A DNA stretch of 64,000 nucleotides from Microthyrium microscopicum (lineage: Eukaryota). The translations under genes were made by a program, and so were the position numbers. Shown here piece after piece: positions 1-12,330 of the stretch (positions are counted from its first letter, which is position 1; the number at the start of each line of letters is the position of its first letter). Below the pieces are notes generated by a model. That model did no database searches, was not told the origin of the DNA, and saw only the letters and a list, made by a program, of their open reading frames with translations. Where the stretch lies: the NCBI GenBank assembly GCA_010405405.1, contig MU004234.1, forward strand, positions 1,887,275 through 1,951,274, in the 5' to 3' direction.

Positions 1-1330
1 TAAATAAAGGTCGACCTAGGCCAAGACCGAACCTTGAGTAGCACGGATTTGATAATCAGGCGGTGAGCAAGTCAAGAGTGGTTGAACCGAATGATGTCTT
101 CAGTAACAGCAATGGCCTGTGGTCTTCACCAAATGAGGTTTCGCGAGGTTTTCTGCTACTTCTGTTCGTAGCAAAAGGATTATCCTTCTAGTTGTGGTGG
201 GTACAAGTCTGGCAATTCATTTCTTTAGCTTCCTACTCAAGAAAGAGGTAGCTTCAACTTACTGCATGGCTTGGGACAGCCTAAAGCAGACCGTAAGTAT
301 TTGAATTTAATTTATGTTCATCCTTCCATTATTCTTGACTGCGCATGAAAAGCGCTTCCCATGTCTTATCTGTCTGATAATGGGCTGATATACCTGGTTC
401 CTTTTGGGAAAAGAAACCCCCTGCATCGCCCATGGATTTGTACCATTAGTAAAGCTCCGGTCATTTCGAGATTTTGGATCATTTCGAACTGGTAAAACAG
501 TTTAATTACCCAATCCGATCAAATTTTCTGAATTTTTTTATCAGACGCTCTGGCGTGCGGTGTTCCCAGCAGGAGGTGGCGCAGTGACGTGCCGCAGCCA
601 CTTTCAAAATATTCGTTTCTCGAAACAACTGTACTTTGTGGGGACTGCTCCATCAATAAACAGGTCTGATTTGAGATGTACAAGATGTAATAAACCGAAA
701 CCTACGGGCAGAGCTGGTAGCGACCCCGAAGTAGAAGCTAGGAGCGACAAATGTTTACATAAGGTACTTGATCATCACTGCTGCGATTATGCTCTCCGTG
801 CTGAAGTCAGCAAAGTTGATTGACCTAGCTTGCACCCATAGACATTACACATGGTGATAATGAAGGACAACCCTTTGTTGTTGAGCTTGTAGTAAATAAG
901 TTATGCAAAGGCCGAAAAATATGTTGCTCTTAAAGCCAAGTTGAAAGCACATTAAAGGATGGACTACGAAATTTCTATATAGCTGTCATGCAAATATCGA
1001 TGTAGCTCCCATTACCACAGCCTATTGAGAGCACAAAATTGACCACTAGAGATATTAGCGAGATATACTTACATTTATCTGATTGATACTTCACCACTAG
1101 TATGCTTATGCGCTTATGGCTCGCGTGGTGTGGCTGTTCCAATCTCGAGATGGTTTTTCATGATGATAGAGGTCACGGCTTTCCGATTCTGGCCATTAGG
1201 AAATGACTGCCAATCCTACATCCTGCGCTCGTCGCCCTCTACAAAAAGGGCTACTTACATATCTGATCAATCTGACCTCTGCTACCACATATATATCATT
1301 CTCTTGTATGGGTCAACAGTCTTCAAAGCA

Positions 1331-2358
1331 ATGGCTAAAGGTAGAGAACCAAGCAAGACGGCTGAAGTTGGTAATGATGGTGAACGGCCAAGAAAGCGAA
1401 CACGAATGACGGTTGATTCTTTTCCATTCATGCGACTGCCAGATGAGCTAAAAATTGAAATTCTCCGCCAAGCACTTACTCATCCTACCCCGGTTCATTT
1501 ATCTTATGACGAAGAGAGATATTGGGATGAGAAGAAAATCCTGGATGCTCGTATCGCCGAAGGCTATATCGGAGCTTTCGATTCATCAGATAGACCAAAT
1601 TCCGGTGAACCAAAAAAGCGGTTTGTACATACTTTCACGGGATTTCCATTAAATAGCTCCAGCTTGATATCAAAAAGGGTCTTGACTGACTAACCTCTCC
1701 TAGACTACATATCAACACCTCCCTTCTACGGGCGAACAAGCACGTTGCTAAAGTGGCTCTTCCGGTGCTGTACGGCGACAATAGATTTTCCTTGCGACTA
1801 CGAACAGCATATATAGTCATAGAGGTACTCAAGCCAAACAAGAAACATGTCAAACACTTGATCTTCGAGGCACACCGCGAAAGGGATATAACAGACTATA
1901 ATCCAAGGGGGCTAGTTGAGATGGGTCGACGACTTCGTTACTACTTCTTTCTCCAAGACGTTGAGCTTCCGTTGTGGCCGGATTGGAACCCAATTACTGG
2001 AGCGTGGTGGCAACTAGACGCCGACCGTCTGCATATTGGCCAACCTGCCCCAACGAACCAACCCCGTATTAGTTCAGACCCAAGACAATTCAATGATCTA
2101 AATGCTGCAGTCTCAAAGTTCAGAGAGGCTTGTCCTTTCAAAGCAAAGGTGGTTATTTCATTGAATGGCGAGCCTGAGAGGTGGTACATTGCGAACGTCG
2201 ACGAGATGGTATCTGATCGAACGAAGGAAGAAAATAAGATAAGAGTACTTCTTGTACCGGCGCAACCTAGGCCAGAGCCTCCTGCTGAAACAATTGCAGA
2301 GATCCTGGACTATATGGCGGCTAAGAAGGACTTACCACTATATGCAGCGGGCGGCTAA
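1331..2358 (+). CDS. F-box-like domain protein (2 exons; intron 1621-1703)
   Basis: ATG 1331; FPFMRLPDELKIEILRQAL F-box-like motif; intron GTTTGT...CTAAC...TAG joins in frame to LHINTSLLRANKHVAKVALPVLYGDNRF (ORF 1753-2358). Confidence 0.75.
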
Positions 2359-2793
2359 GCAGCATTGCTGATACACTCTGGTATGAAATACTTGAAAAAT
2401 ACGAAGCCTTTAGACGCTTGCATCAATGAAAGTAGACAATAGTACTTGTAGTGGACGTTTTGAAGGAGCATGAAATACTGGTCATACTCATAGTTTTGTC
2501 CTCGTATATAAGTAAGATAGTCTCCGAAAGTCGTAGATATCCCTAGCCTGAAGTGTAACGTCTGTCTGGAATGTCCAACTACATGACTGCCAACGAATGC
2601 ATCAAACGATCATTATATTTCTATTGACTACAATATCCACCGCCGTACTGAGAGACAAAGAGAACTTGCGTGCCCCGAGCAATCGGATTCGAATCCTCTA
2701 TTTGCTATTCAAAAATGGTGCATGGTAGCAATTGCATTTAAGAAGATAACACTCTTCACGGTGGTCTGTTCATCCACTCACTGAACAGCACGC

Positions 2794-4098
2794 TCAACGC
2801 CTAGCAGCATTCGCTTCCACAATTCTCATCAATTCGTCGTAAGTTCTCTGATCTTCTCCATCATCAAATCGCTCCTTGTTCATTTCCTCGCTTTGGAACG
2901 TCATGCCATACTTGTCGTCAAGTGAAACATAGCTGAATAGTCTTCGATTCGAGGATGGATCTGTCAGAATTGCGCGGATTCGTTGAGTACCTGCTGATTC
3001 TACACCGCGCCCAAATTGCTCACCCTTTGCCAATGGAATAAGGTCGTTTTCAATCTCTAATGTCGAAAGTATGGGCCCACTTTTCACGACTTCATTGAAG
3101 AACTTTTGCCAACCTCGTGGTTCGTGCGTCGTCTCCTGCCACCCATACTCATATTCCGCAAAGCAGTCTTTCAGCCTGATGTTTTGTAAGGATTTTGCAT
3201 GAGACGTGACAAAGTCTCGGACCTCCTCGGCTACAAAACAGCGAACTAGCTCTAGAGTCTGACACATCGGTGCGTGGTGAGGTTTAAGAGGGAGACGTAT
3301 ATCGTGCATCTCTCCGTCACCTAGTGGGCCTGACTCGGATGATTCCAGATGGATAAAGGTGACGGAATTAAGATGCTTGAAGAAAAACTCTGACAATTCT
3401 TGGCAAAAATTTCTGTAGTATTCCGAAGTATTTGCTTCCCAGCCTGCGCCGTTACCAGCACCCCAGAGACTGAGGGTAAACGAGTCGATGTTTCCAAGAA
3501 ATTTATGAAAGTCCTTCTCACGCCAGATAGGTGCACGATATGGAATGAGTTCGAGAAGAGTCAAAGACTTCAATTGCTGATTGGAGCTTACTGCCTGGAA
3601 GGTTTCTTCTAAGAGGTTGCGGAGTGGATCATAATCGATGTTATTCGCATCAGGTTCGTACGTCAGTTGCCAGAAGGCATTTTCCATATCTTCATCAGGT
3701 CCGGGGACAAATTGGATAGATATGTCGTCAATACTCGGAAGCAGTGGGTCTGAACCAGCAAGCATTTTCAAGATAGCGTCGGGAACTTGCTTCTGATGGG
3801 CTTCTTTGTCACCATCTTCTCCGTCCTCGCTGTCCGAACTAATGGGGTCTTCTGGCAAGTCGAAAAGTCCGGAGAAAGAGATTTTGCGAACATATTTGCC
3901 AAATTTTAATACCACATTTGATATCATTTCAATATCGTCCACATCATTTGTGAGCCGAATGTTTCTGAATATAGTTGGTGTAAGCAAATCTCGAAATAGC
4001 GAGTTGGTGGTACTAAGATTGACCCGGTCCGAGTAATTCGAGTAGTTACCAACTAAAAAGATAAGTTCTGGAGGCAAGATGTTGATGCTTTGTGGCAT
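2794..4098 (-). CDS. F-box domain protein with LRR-like C-terminus, 434 aa
   Basis: Intact ORF; N-terminal INILPPELIFLVGNY...VNLSTTNSLFRDLL motif; leucine-periodic body. Confidence 0.8.
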   Translation of the reverse strand: MPQSINILPPELIFLVGNYSNYSDRVNLSTTNSLFRDLLTPTIFRNIRLTNDVDDIEMISNVVLKFGKYVRKISFSGLFDLPEDPISSDSEDGEDGDKEAHQKQVPDAILKMLAGSDPLLPSIDDISIQFVPGPDEDMENAFWQLTYEPDANNIDYDPLRNLLEETFQAVSSNQQLKSLTLLELIPYRAPIWREKDFHKFLGNIDSFTLSLWGAGNGAGWEANTSEYYRNFCQELSEFFFKHLNSVTFIHLESSESGPLGDGEMHDIRLPLKPHHAPMCQTLELVRCFVAEEVRDFVTSHAKSLQNIRLKDCFAEYEYGWQETTHEPRGWQKFFNEVVKSGPILSTLEIENDLIPLAKGEQFGRGVESAGTQRIRAILTDPSSNRRLFSYVSLDDKYGMTFQSEEMNKERFDDGEDQRTYDELMRIVEANAARR

Positions 4099-4595
4099 GG
4101 TGGGATTGGAAGTTGTCGTGAAGCATAAGAGTCCCGGCTGTTCCGTGAATTAGGTACCGTAAGGATGTGGCCAGTGGAGCCGACTGCTGGGAAATATTTG
4201 GTTTTGAGTGTTCGTGGGTTTGTAAGAGAAGGAGAAGACCTATTTATCTCTTTTTGAAGTTGAGGATGATCGTTGAACAGACAAGGCAGAGTAGAGTACG
4301 GGCTAAGACGTTTTTTTGGTGATTCTGGGCGATCTTTGATCCATCTCAAAACCTGGGAGCTGTGGGAGCCTGCTAGGTTGCCATCTCCAACTTCATCACC
4401 ACCTCCCGACTATCGCACACCAAACGCAAAGATACTTCTCTTACTGCTCGTAATCGCCGGCTTTACTCATAATGGCCACCTTTACTTATCAGCGCCGCCG
4501 TGGTTAACTTTAATATTTGATCCTCGTCATGTCACCACAAGCTTTCAGCTTTTCGCCACTCAACCTCATACCATGCGCACATCAAGGCGTGGATA

Positions 4596-4748
4596 CTACC
4601 GTTTTTACCCTTTGAGTTCGAACACGGTAGCGCGGTTTTTTTGGCGAGGTTTGTCCGTGAGCTATAGCGAGTCACTGCCTAAGTTCGATGCGCCACCAGC
4701 AAGAAAAACCGCGCTACCGTGTTCGAACTCAAAGGGTAAAAACGGTAG
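4596..4748. mobile_element. Short MITE (~150 bp), Tc1/mariner-pogo-like
   Basis: Perfect 45-bp inverted repeats (4596-4640 / 4704-4748) flanked by TA; alternative termini CCGT...ACGG (4599-4745) are also TA-flanked. Confidence 0.8.
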
Positions 4749-5312
4749 TAGAGAGAGAATTCCTCTCTTTTCCTGCGTTTGGAAGACCCTTTTCTCAAGT
4801 AGCACAAGTGATACAGGACGATTAGAGTGGTAGCCAATAACACTTTTTGAACAGACCACAACTCGGTTTAACGATGAATTTCCCCAACGCCTCACATTGC
4901 CCAGAACATCCCCAGGACGAAATAAAGTACTTCGATGTACAAGTTGGCAGATATTATGATGGTGTAGTCGCATCAGATATAACTTCTACTCAACTCTAAG
5001 TCTATCCAGACACGACTCTGCAGCTTAAACCCTGGCCCCCTTTTTGCATTTGTGTAAACCTCCATTGATATTGCGGCACACTTGTCAAATGGCAAACACA
5101 ACGCGATGGCTAGGAACAAGCAGAATTGAACAAGCAGAATTCTTTTGACTTTTCATTAACTGCTTTGAGCTTTTCTAGATCCCATTCCCTGACATGGCCC
5201 TTGACTCGACCTCAATATGAACAGAAAGAATGATTCACTTCAGCTCATTTGCCTGCTTCTGAAGCAGCACTATGCCTCAAACGCAGGTACCACAAGCTGC
5301 CAACACTTTCTT

Positions 5313-5961
5313 CTAATCATAATAATAAGGTCTAACATGGCGGTTGTTTTTCAAGCCATAGACCTTATCGCCTAAGAGGCGGCGGCTGAGACGAAAAGTT
5401 AGCCCCCCTAGAACAAGACGATTGTGCATTAAAGCGAGGTCAAGACTCACTGAGGAATGCCAGCCCAATCCATACGCTTCCTGATAGCTTTTGCATTGCA
5501 TCCGTAAGGTGTTTGAATAGTCGCGCTCCAGAAGAATCCAGCCGGTGCGATCTCCTCATGCTCCGGGTTGTTATAGCCACTGTGGAAAGTGAAATTTGTG
5601 CCCAAGCACCACGAGTCAGATAAGCTGTCCTTGAGTTTTGAGCCATCTTTGCCTAGTTGCTCTCTCCAGTCCCAGCAAGTGGCATTGGCACTATTAGGGG
5701 GAGGACAATATCTCTCAACTCCAATCATGTAGTGCCTCCACATCATGATATACCATCTAGGGAACACCAGTGTCAGAGAGGTTTCTACAGTACATACTAG
5801 CAAGTGATCTACCTTCTGCGGGTGCATGACGCAACTTGCCTGGCATTGCAATCGTCGTTGTAATTTACAGCGTGGGGAAAATCCTCCCCTTCCTCCATCT
5901 CGGTGGTGGCAAAAATTTGCCCAACGGCGAGAAGTCCTACAACAGTGGAGAGAAGCCTCAT
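5313..5961 (-). CDS. Small secreted cysteine-containing protein, ~175 aa (3 exons)
   Basis: ATG 5961, signal-peptide-like MRLLSTVVGLLAVGQIFA; introns 5812-5757 and 5450-5386 with GT-AG and branch sites; exons 149+306+73 = 528 nt in frame; 6 Cys. Confidence 0.75.
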
Positions 5962-7105
5962 TTTCGAAAGTTATGGCGATAGTTGATATTCTCGATGGCG
6001 GGTACTGAATGGGCTTGAGCCAAATGTCAGAAACAGTCAGTAGGAGTACATATGGAGTACATATACCTCTTTATTTTTGCATCTATGGTCTACCAGACCC
6101 AAGTCATTCCAAGGCGCTCTGCACTACTGGCTAAACTTACCTTGATTTGCGGTACATCGTCCAAATAGTTCGTCGCACGGCAAGCACTTAGATCTTTCAA
6201 TCGACCTGCTTCACTAAACGACTGCAGATGTCCCACACATGCTCGAATGCAATACATGGTCATAACAAGCAGAGATAATGGGCCACCGTTGTTCAGAGCA
6301 TAAAGCCGACCTCCATCGAGACATATTGACTATTTCTTGACGCCCATTGTCAACATCATCGAGGCTCCAGAGAAGCTGCAGCGACAAAGGATCGAATCGG
6401 TGTAGTGGTAGATAATTTGGACTATGTACTTACTAAAAGCTTAATTCCTACCAAATAGTTAGGTACTTTGGAGACACCTGACAACTTATACAACCTCTAC
6501 CACCCTTGTTGATAGAAAGATACCTTACCATTCTTGAGCAAATAGTACTAAACTCGTGATATAAATTGAATCTCGAAATAGCGGCCTTATCTCAGATTGA
6601 GCGGCAACAACGAAAAATCAGTACGTACAATTCTTGAGTTTTCGAATACATCAGGTACGGGCCCGGAGAATCAAATTTGACGCTGCTAGGCCCCAGAGTA
6701 AAAAATGTCGATAGTGGAAAAAGATTTGACGACCTCAATGTTTTCTTAGCAAAGTGTTCCGCGCTACCCACCGTTTGCTTCTCTATTCCAGCTGGCACAG
6801 AACATAGTAGTATATTGATAGCAATTTCATCTCTTGAACAGCAATCTAACTACCATAAGGTGCATGGACTCATCACAATGCATTGAATTACGATTCAGCT
6901 AGACTTTTATCTCTCATCCCATGGCGGTTACCCATTCCCTTAACGATATCGCGTCTCACAAGTGCTGGAGGGCTGTCAGAAATCAAACTACAGTGAGGAC
7001 AAATCAAAGCTCTTTTTCAACGCTGACATTCTTTAATTAGTCTCAGAACGTTTTGATGACTTTGAGGATGACAAAAATCCGTCGAATGTAAGATTAACAA
7101 AATGT

Positions 7106-8151
7106 TCAAGACAGTGTAGTCACACCAGGTCTAGTAGCTTCCAACTTGTGCCTCAACTCCGTCCATACTCGATTCTGTAGCTTCTCTCCAGCCTCACCCT
7201 TGGCCAGTCCTACCAATGGAGCAATCTTGCAGTCTGGTAAATACTGCCCATGAGTCTCCGGTCCAGCGCTGGCACCATACACCAAGGTGCGCGCGCCGAC
7301 TTCTGGCTTACGGGCAAGCAATCTTACTATAAACTTGACCCACGCCTTCTCGAATAATTCGTTGTCGTTTCCTAGGCGAGTAACGCAGAATCTGTTTGCG
7401 AATTAACAGTCGACTCATAACTTTGGATGGTCAGGACTTACCCAGGAGCAACGACATTGACAATCACATCGCTGGAGCCCAGAGGAGAGAGCAAAGCGAT
7501 CTGCCGAACTATGAGATTGACCAAGAGCTTCGACACGTTGTATCGATCCGACAGACTGTCCTTCCTCGTCTCATCAGCCAGTGCGTTGAAGATCTGTCCA
7601 TCCGGCACATTGGCCTCCTTGAACTTGGCCATTTCGTACAGCTCTGAGCCCGTCACGGTGATATGCGTCTGCGTGCTAAACGTCTTTGCCGTCTCGCGCA
7701 GTTTTGGATGCATTAGCAGCGCAAGCAAAAACAGCGAAATAACATTCGTCGTAATTGTGCTCTCATTGTCCTCTGCCAGCTGAAACGTGCTCATCATCAC
7801 GCCAGCATTCAGCATGAGCGCATCAACTCTTTCCAACTCAGAGGAAGCGCGCTGGGCAAAGGCTTGAACGGATGAGTAGGAGCTCATGTCAAGTTGCCAT
7901 ACTTGCAGGGTTTCTGGTGAACATTTTGTGGATTGTTGGATCTCTGTTGCGGCGGTCTTGCCCTTTTCAATGTTACGGCATGCTATGATGACTTGTTTGG
8001 CGCCGAGTTGGACTATGGAGCGACAGGCTTCTAGTCCCAGGCCAGTGTTACTGCCTGTGACAATGACAGTTTTGCCAGCGAAGGACGTCGTAGGTTTGGG
8101 TGGTTCAGTGAAGAATTGTCGTTTGATGAAGGCGGCTAAGAAGGCGGCCAT
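7106..8151 (-). CDS. Short-chain dehydrogenase/reductase (retinol dehydrogenase-like; intron 7441-7392)
   Basis: TGSNTGLG Rossmann motif, LNAG, YNVSK catalytic motif; splices in frame to ARKPEVGARTLV exon. Confidence 0.92.
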
Positions 8152-8578
8152 GGTGATTATGTTGGCGTACGAATGGTTCGATGTATGATCGTACTATAGT
8201 ATATTGAAATGACTTTGGAAGCCGCGGCAGGTGAGATCGGACAATGAGAATAAGATGTGTGAGTATGAAATTGTTGAAAACCAAAGATTTACTGCCATTG
8301 GAGATCGTCTCTTATATACCTGTGAATTTATTATCACCAAGAGCAATAAGAATCGTTCCACATCCTTTGTGTCGAGTCTGATAATGGAGCTGGTTCTATA
8401 CACGCTAAGCCTAAAAGGGTAAACGAGCTGCAAAGGAACTCTGAGAAGTCTTCCCAATCGCTCCGTCCGAGCCCACAAGTCCCATCCAGACTCTTTATCA
8501 GAGGCATTCCGCCGCCATGATTATGCAAGCAATCTCCAGTCCTCGTTTACTCGATTTGGTCGACTGGCCCGGTTGATT

Positions 8579-9983
8579 ATGGCTAGCAAGGCACCAGCTT
8601 TCCAGGTCATCTCGCTCGTGGAAGGTGGTGGCGTACGCGATTACAAGAGGCGTAAAGCACACAAGAAGACTAGAGCTGGATGTTTGACCTGCAAAGTAAA
8701 GAAAGTCAAGGTATGTCAAATGATTTCAGGGGCTAGCTGTGATGGTGCTGATCTGCTGAGAAGTGTGATGAAAAGAGGCCTGTTTGTCAAAGATGTGGAC
8801 GAAACGGTCGTGTATGTAATTACGATGACTTTGATGGCCGAGAGCAAGAACATGCTCTTGTGAGAAGGTGAGATCTAGCAGGGGATTATTCCCAGAGCTT
8901 CAAGCCATGAGTACTGTTAGCCTATGGCGACAAAAGTTCATGCAGTATCCGTTGATATTTATACTGACACATTTTAGGAATTCGGGTGCTACAATTGGAC
9001 TCTCTTTGCCGTTTTCCGACAGCGAGGCTTCCAGTATTAATATCACGAATCATCTTCAAAACCACTGTACCGAAATAGTACAAATTCCCGGGAGCCTGAA
9101 ACTGCTTTCCCTGGCCAGATCCTATCCTGTTCTCCAACAGTCTTTACTCGCTGTAGCCGCCTGCCATCTACGGCAAATGGCGCCAACCGTTAGACAGCAC
9201 CAAATCGACGAGAAATTGCATCTCGACTTGGCCCTACAAAGCTACCAGAGCATTTTGTATACGCCAAAGGAGAAGCTCTGCCAATCAGATGTGGATTGTG
9301 TGATGCTCTGCACGACTCTCTTCAACGTGATTGCATTCACCCTGTCCCAATCTGAGGACGAAGATCTTCGCGACCTTGACCCAGAGAACTCATGGGTCTT
9401 CAGCCCACGCAAAGACAGGTTGAGCTGGATGGCACTTCAGGCTGGTATTCATCCTTTACTGAGGTACCTATCACCATTCATGAGCAAGACTATGGAAGCA
9501 ATTAGCCCATTGTTCCTAAGCCCTGGCGAGCTGTTCATGGGTGTTCCACTATGGCTTTATGAACCCCCAAAGACGTGGATCGGGGCATTTGGCATTGATT
9601 CCTCAGATTCCACGACTCAGCTGAACAGCACGTCCGATCTCTATAGAGCACCAGTCAGTGTTATAGCGTGGCTGCGAACTCTTCCGCCAGTAGGTGGGAG
9701 CCTGTTCCAACATTTATCTTTTCTTGGCAAGATACAGCCAAGGTTTCGATACTTGTTGTATGATAGGGATGAGCGGGCGTTATGGCTGTTTGGATATTGG
9801 CTAGGACTGATGTCTCGTTTTGCCACCTTTTGGTGGTGCCATAAACATGCGAAGAGAGATCATAAAGCTATTGGTATGTGGCTCGGGAGGCTGCAATTAA
9901 CTGAACGGGTTGGTACTGAAGGCGAGACGTGGAAGGAGTTGATGTCGGACTACAATATGGCACCGCATGTGCTTTGCGCATAA
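8579..9983 (+). CDS. Zn(II)2Cys6 transcription factor (Upc2-like DNA-binding domain)
   Basis: RRKAHKKTRAGCLTCKVKKVK | intron 8711-8763 | CDEKRPVCQRCGRNGRVCNY; a probable second intron ending ~8977; long C-terminal ORF. Confidence 0.9.
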
Positions 9984-9992
9984 AGTTCCATA

Positions 9993-10485
9993 ACGTAGGC
10001 CACCTACTTCTGATCCAACCTACTTCTGCGCCACCCTTTTACACCAAAAATGCCAATATTTAACACTACTTAAAGCCTCCGCTAGAAGTTAAATAATGAA
10101 GTTAAATTAGCCAATCTGTAGCTTCGATTTTTCTTATCTAAACTATATAAGTAAGAGTAGTAGACTAATAGTAAAGAAGTAGTAAAGTTGAATTCTGTAA
10201 AGTTGAAAAGTCTTGGCTAACAAATTTGGACTTAGAAATTTGGAACTTAAGAATTTGTTAGCTAAGACTTTCTAGATTTCTAATATCTTATTTCTAAGCC
10301 TATTCTACGGAATAAACTATAGTCCTAAAGTAGCTTTATGGTTAGAAAAAATTAGCAAACAATCTCTATTATTTACTTATTTTATTTCTATTCTGGTTGT
10401 TATGGTAGAGGACGTTGAAAACCACTGATTTTGGTGTAAAAGGGTGGCGCAGAAGTAGGTTGGATCAGAAGTGGGTGGCCGACGT
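9993..10485. mobile_element. MITE, 493 bp, Fot1/pogo-type termini
   Basis: 57-bp TIRs starting ACGT (2 mismatches), TA on both sides (9991-92, 10486-87), AT-rich RIP-like interior, no transposase. Confidence 0.9.
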
Positions 10486-11013
10486 TAGGATATCTATCAG
10501 TAGCGACTGCCATTGCCATCAGGCTGATCTGCACTTGGCTAGACCATACAACGTATGGAGAAAATTTATTTTTCAATCAAGAGAGCTAGAGAGTTGGTCG
10601 CTTGACAAAAGAATTCCAATGATAAAACTCCTAGCATCTGATGATTGCTTGGTACAGAATCTACCACGTTACTCTGGAGTTTGATACAGCTCATCAGTGC
10701 ATGGTATCATATGCACGACGTGGGCGTCATCTAAAGCTTCGCTCCTGCTCGGTCAGTCCAGCATCCCGATTTTCTCCTACCTCAGAGATCACGTCCGGTA
10801 TCGGTAATTCCTGCATTGAAGCTTTATCAACTGTTTCTACCCCAAACTTCAAAGTAAAGCAGTGAACTTGTACATCTTAAAGTATCACTTGTGAGCGTCA
10901 AGCAAACAGCTACCCCTGAAGATCGACCATTAGACGCACATCAAGATCTCTTTTTCAAAGCAATTTATTCGCCATTCCCATATCAAAAGAACTCCAACCC
11001 GGCTTCATCAAGC

Positions 11014-12134
11014 ATGCATATCCTCGTAAGTCCAACATATCTAGACCAAAGTTCATTGAATGCCAATATATCCACAGGTAGTGAACGATGACGGTCCACC
11101 AACAACCTCATCCAGCCCATACGTGCTAGACTTAGTCCGCGCCCTCCAACGCGCCGGCCACACAATCTCAGTCGTCCTCCCACACCAACAACGCTCCTGG
11201 ATAGGCAAAGCACATATTCTCGGCCAAAACATCAAGCCATACTACTACCAACCGCCCCCAGCACCAGACAGCAACCAGCCACTACCAGCCGACATCTCCT
11301 ACGTAGACACCGGCAAAGTATCACCACGTCCACTACCATCCGATAGCACGCAGGAAGAATGGGTCCTCATCGACTCAACGCCGGCCAGCTGTGTCCAAAT
11401 CGGCCTCCACCACTACTTCAAATCGCGCGGTCCCATTGACCTCGTAATATCCGGACCTAACTACGGCCGCAACACGACCGCCGTATTTGCGCTCTCATCC
11501 GGCACGCTTGGCGCGGCTCTCGAAGCTGCGATATGTGGTGTTCGTGCCATCGCACTGTCTTATGCTTTCTTTGACCGCAACCACGATCCTAAGATTATCA
11601 AGGGTGCAACAAACGCTAGTATCCGCGTAATCAACGCCCTAGTCGAAAACTGGGATACGCGAGATCAAGAACGTGGCGATAAAGTGCAGATCTACAGCGT
11701 CAATGTACCGCTGCTAGCTGGCGTGGAGAAGGCGAAGGCGCTGTGGACTCAGATGCTGCAAAATACGTGGCGGACGGGTAGTTGTTTTACGGAGATGGAT
11801 GTTTCGGAGGAGGAGGATTGGGCGCCTGGTGAGGAGGAGGAGAAGATTCGAGAGGCGGAGGGCACGGAGAAGGAGGAGGATGGGAAGAAGGTAGGGGATC
11901 ATATGAGGTATACGCATAAGCAGTTCAAGTGGAGTCCAAAGTTTACGGATGTGTATAAGAGCGTGGAGGAGGCGCCGCCTGGGAACGATGGATGGGCTGT
12001 GCAGCATGGCCATATTAGGTTTGTTTTATGATGATGACTTTTGCTTGAAGGTTGCTAATGGTTTTGGTAGTGTAACTCCGTTGAAGGCGAACTTTATGCA
12101 TGTGCGAGGTTTTGAAGGAGAGATTGAGATCTAG
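11014..12134 (+). CDS. SurE-family phosphatase/nucleotidase (3 exons)
   Basis: MHIL | intron 11026-11077 | VVNDDGPP; TPASC; SGPNYGRN; SSGTLGAA; last intron ~12019-12070 leads to VTPLKANF. Confidence 0.9.
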
Positions 12135-12330
12135 ATATCAGTCCGGTTGACGATATGTTAGCAAATGGCCAAGAACTGCACACGGTTAGAGCCAGGACAC
12201 AGCAGAGCAGAATCAGGTGGAGATAGATCTTTCAAACGGGACATATCCCGTTGAGTAATTGTACATTATCAACTAGTAGTTATGCTCATTATTTTAGGTA
12301 TTTTCTCACAGTGAAGCGACAATGACAAAT

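Noticed and set aside
4273..4973. ORFs of 186, 103 and 60 aa
   Set aside because: They overlap the MITE and give the same peptide on both strands from the TIRs; no domain recognised.
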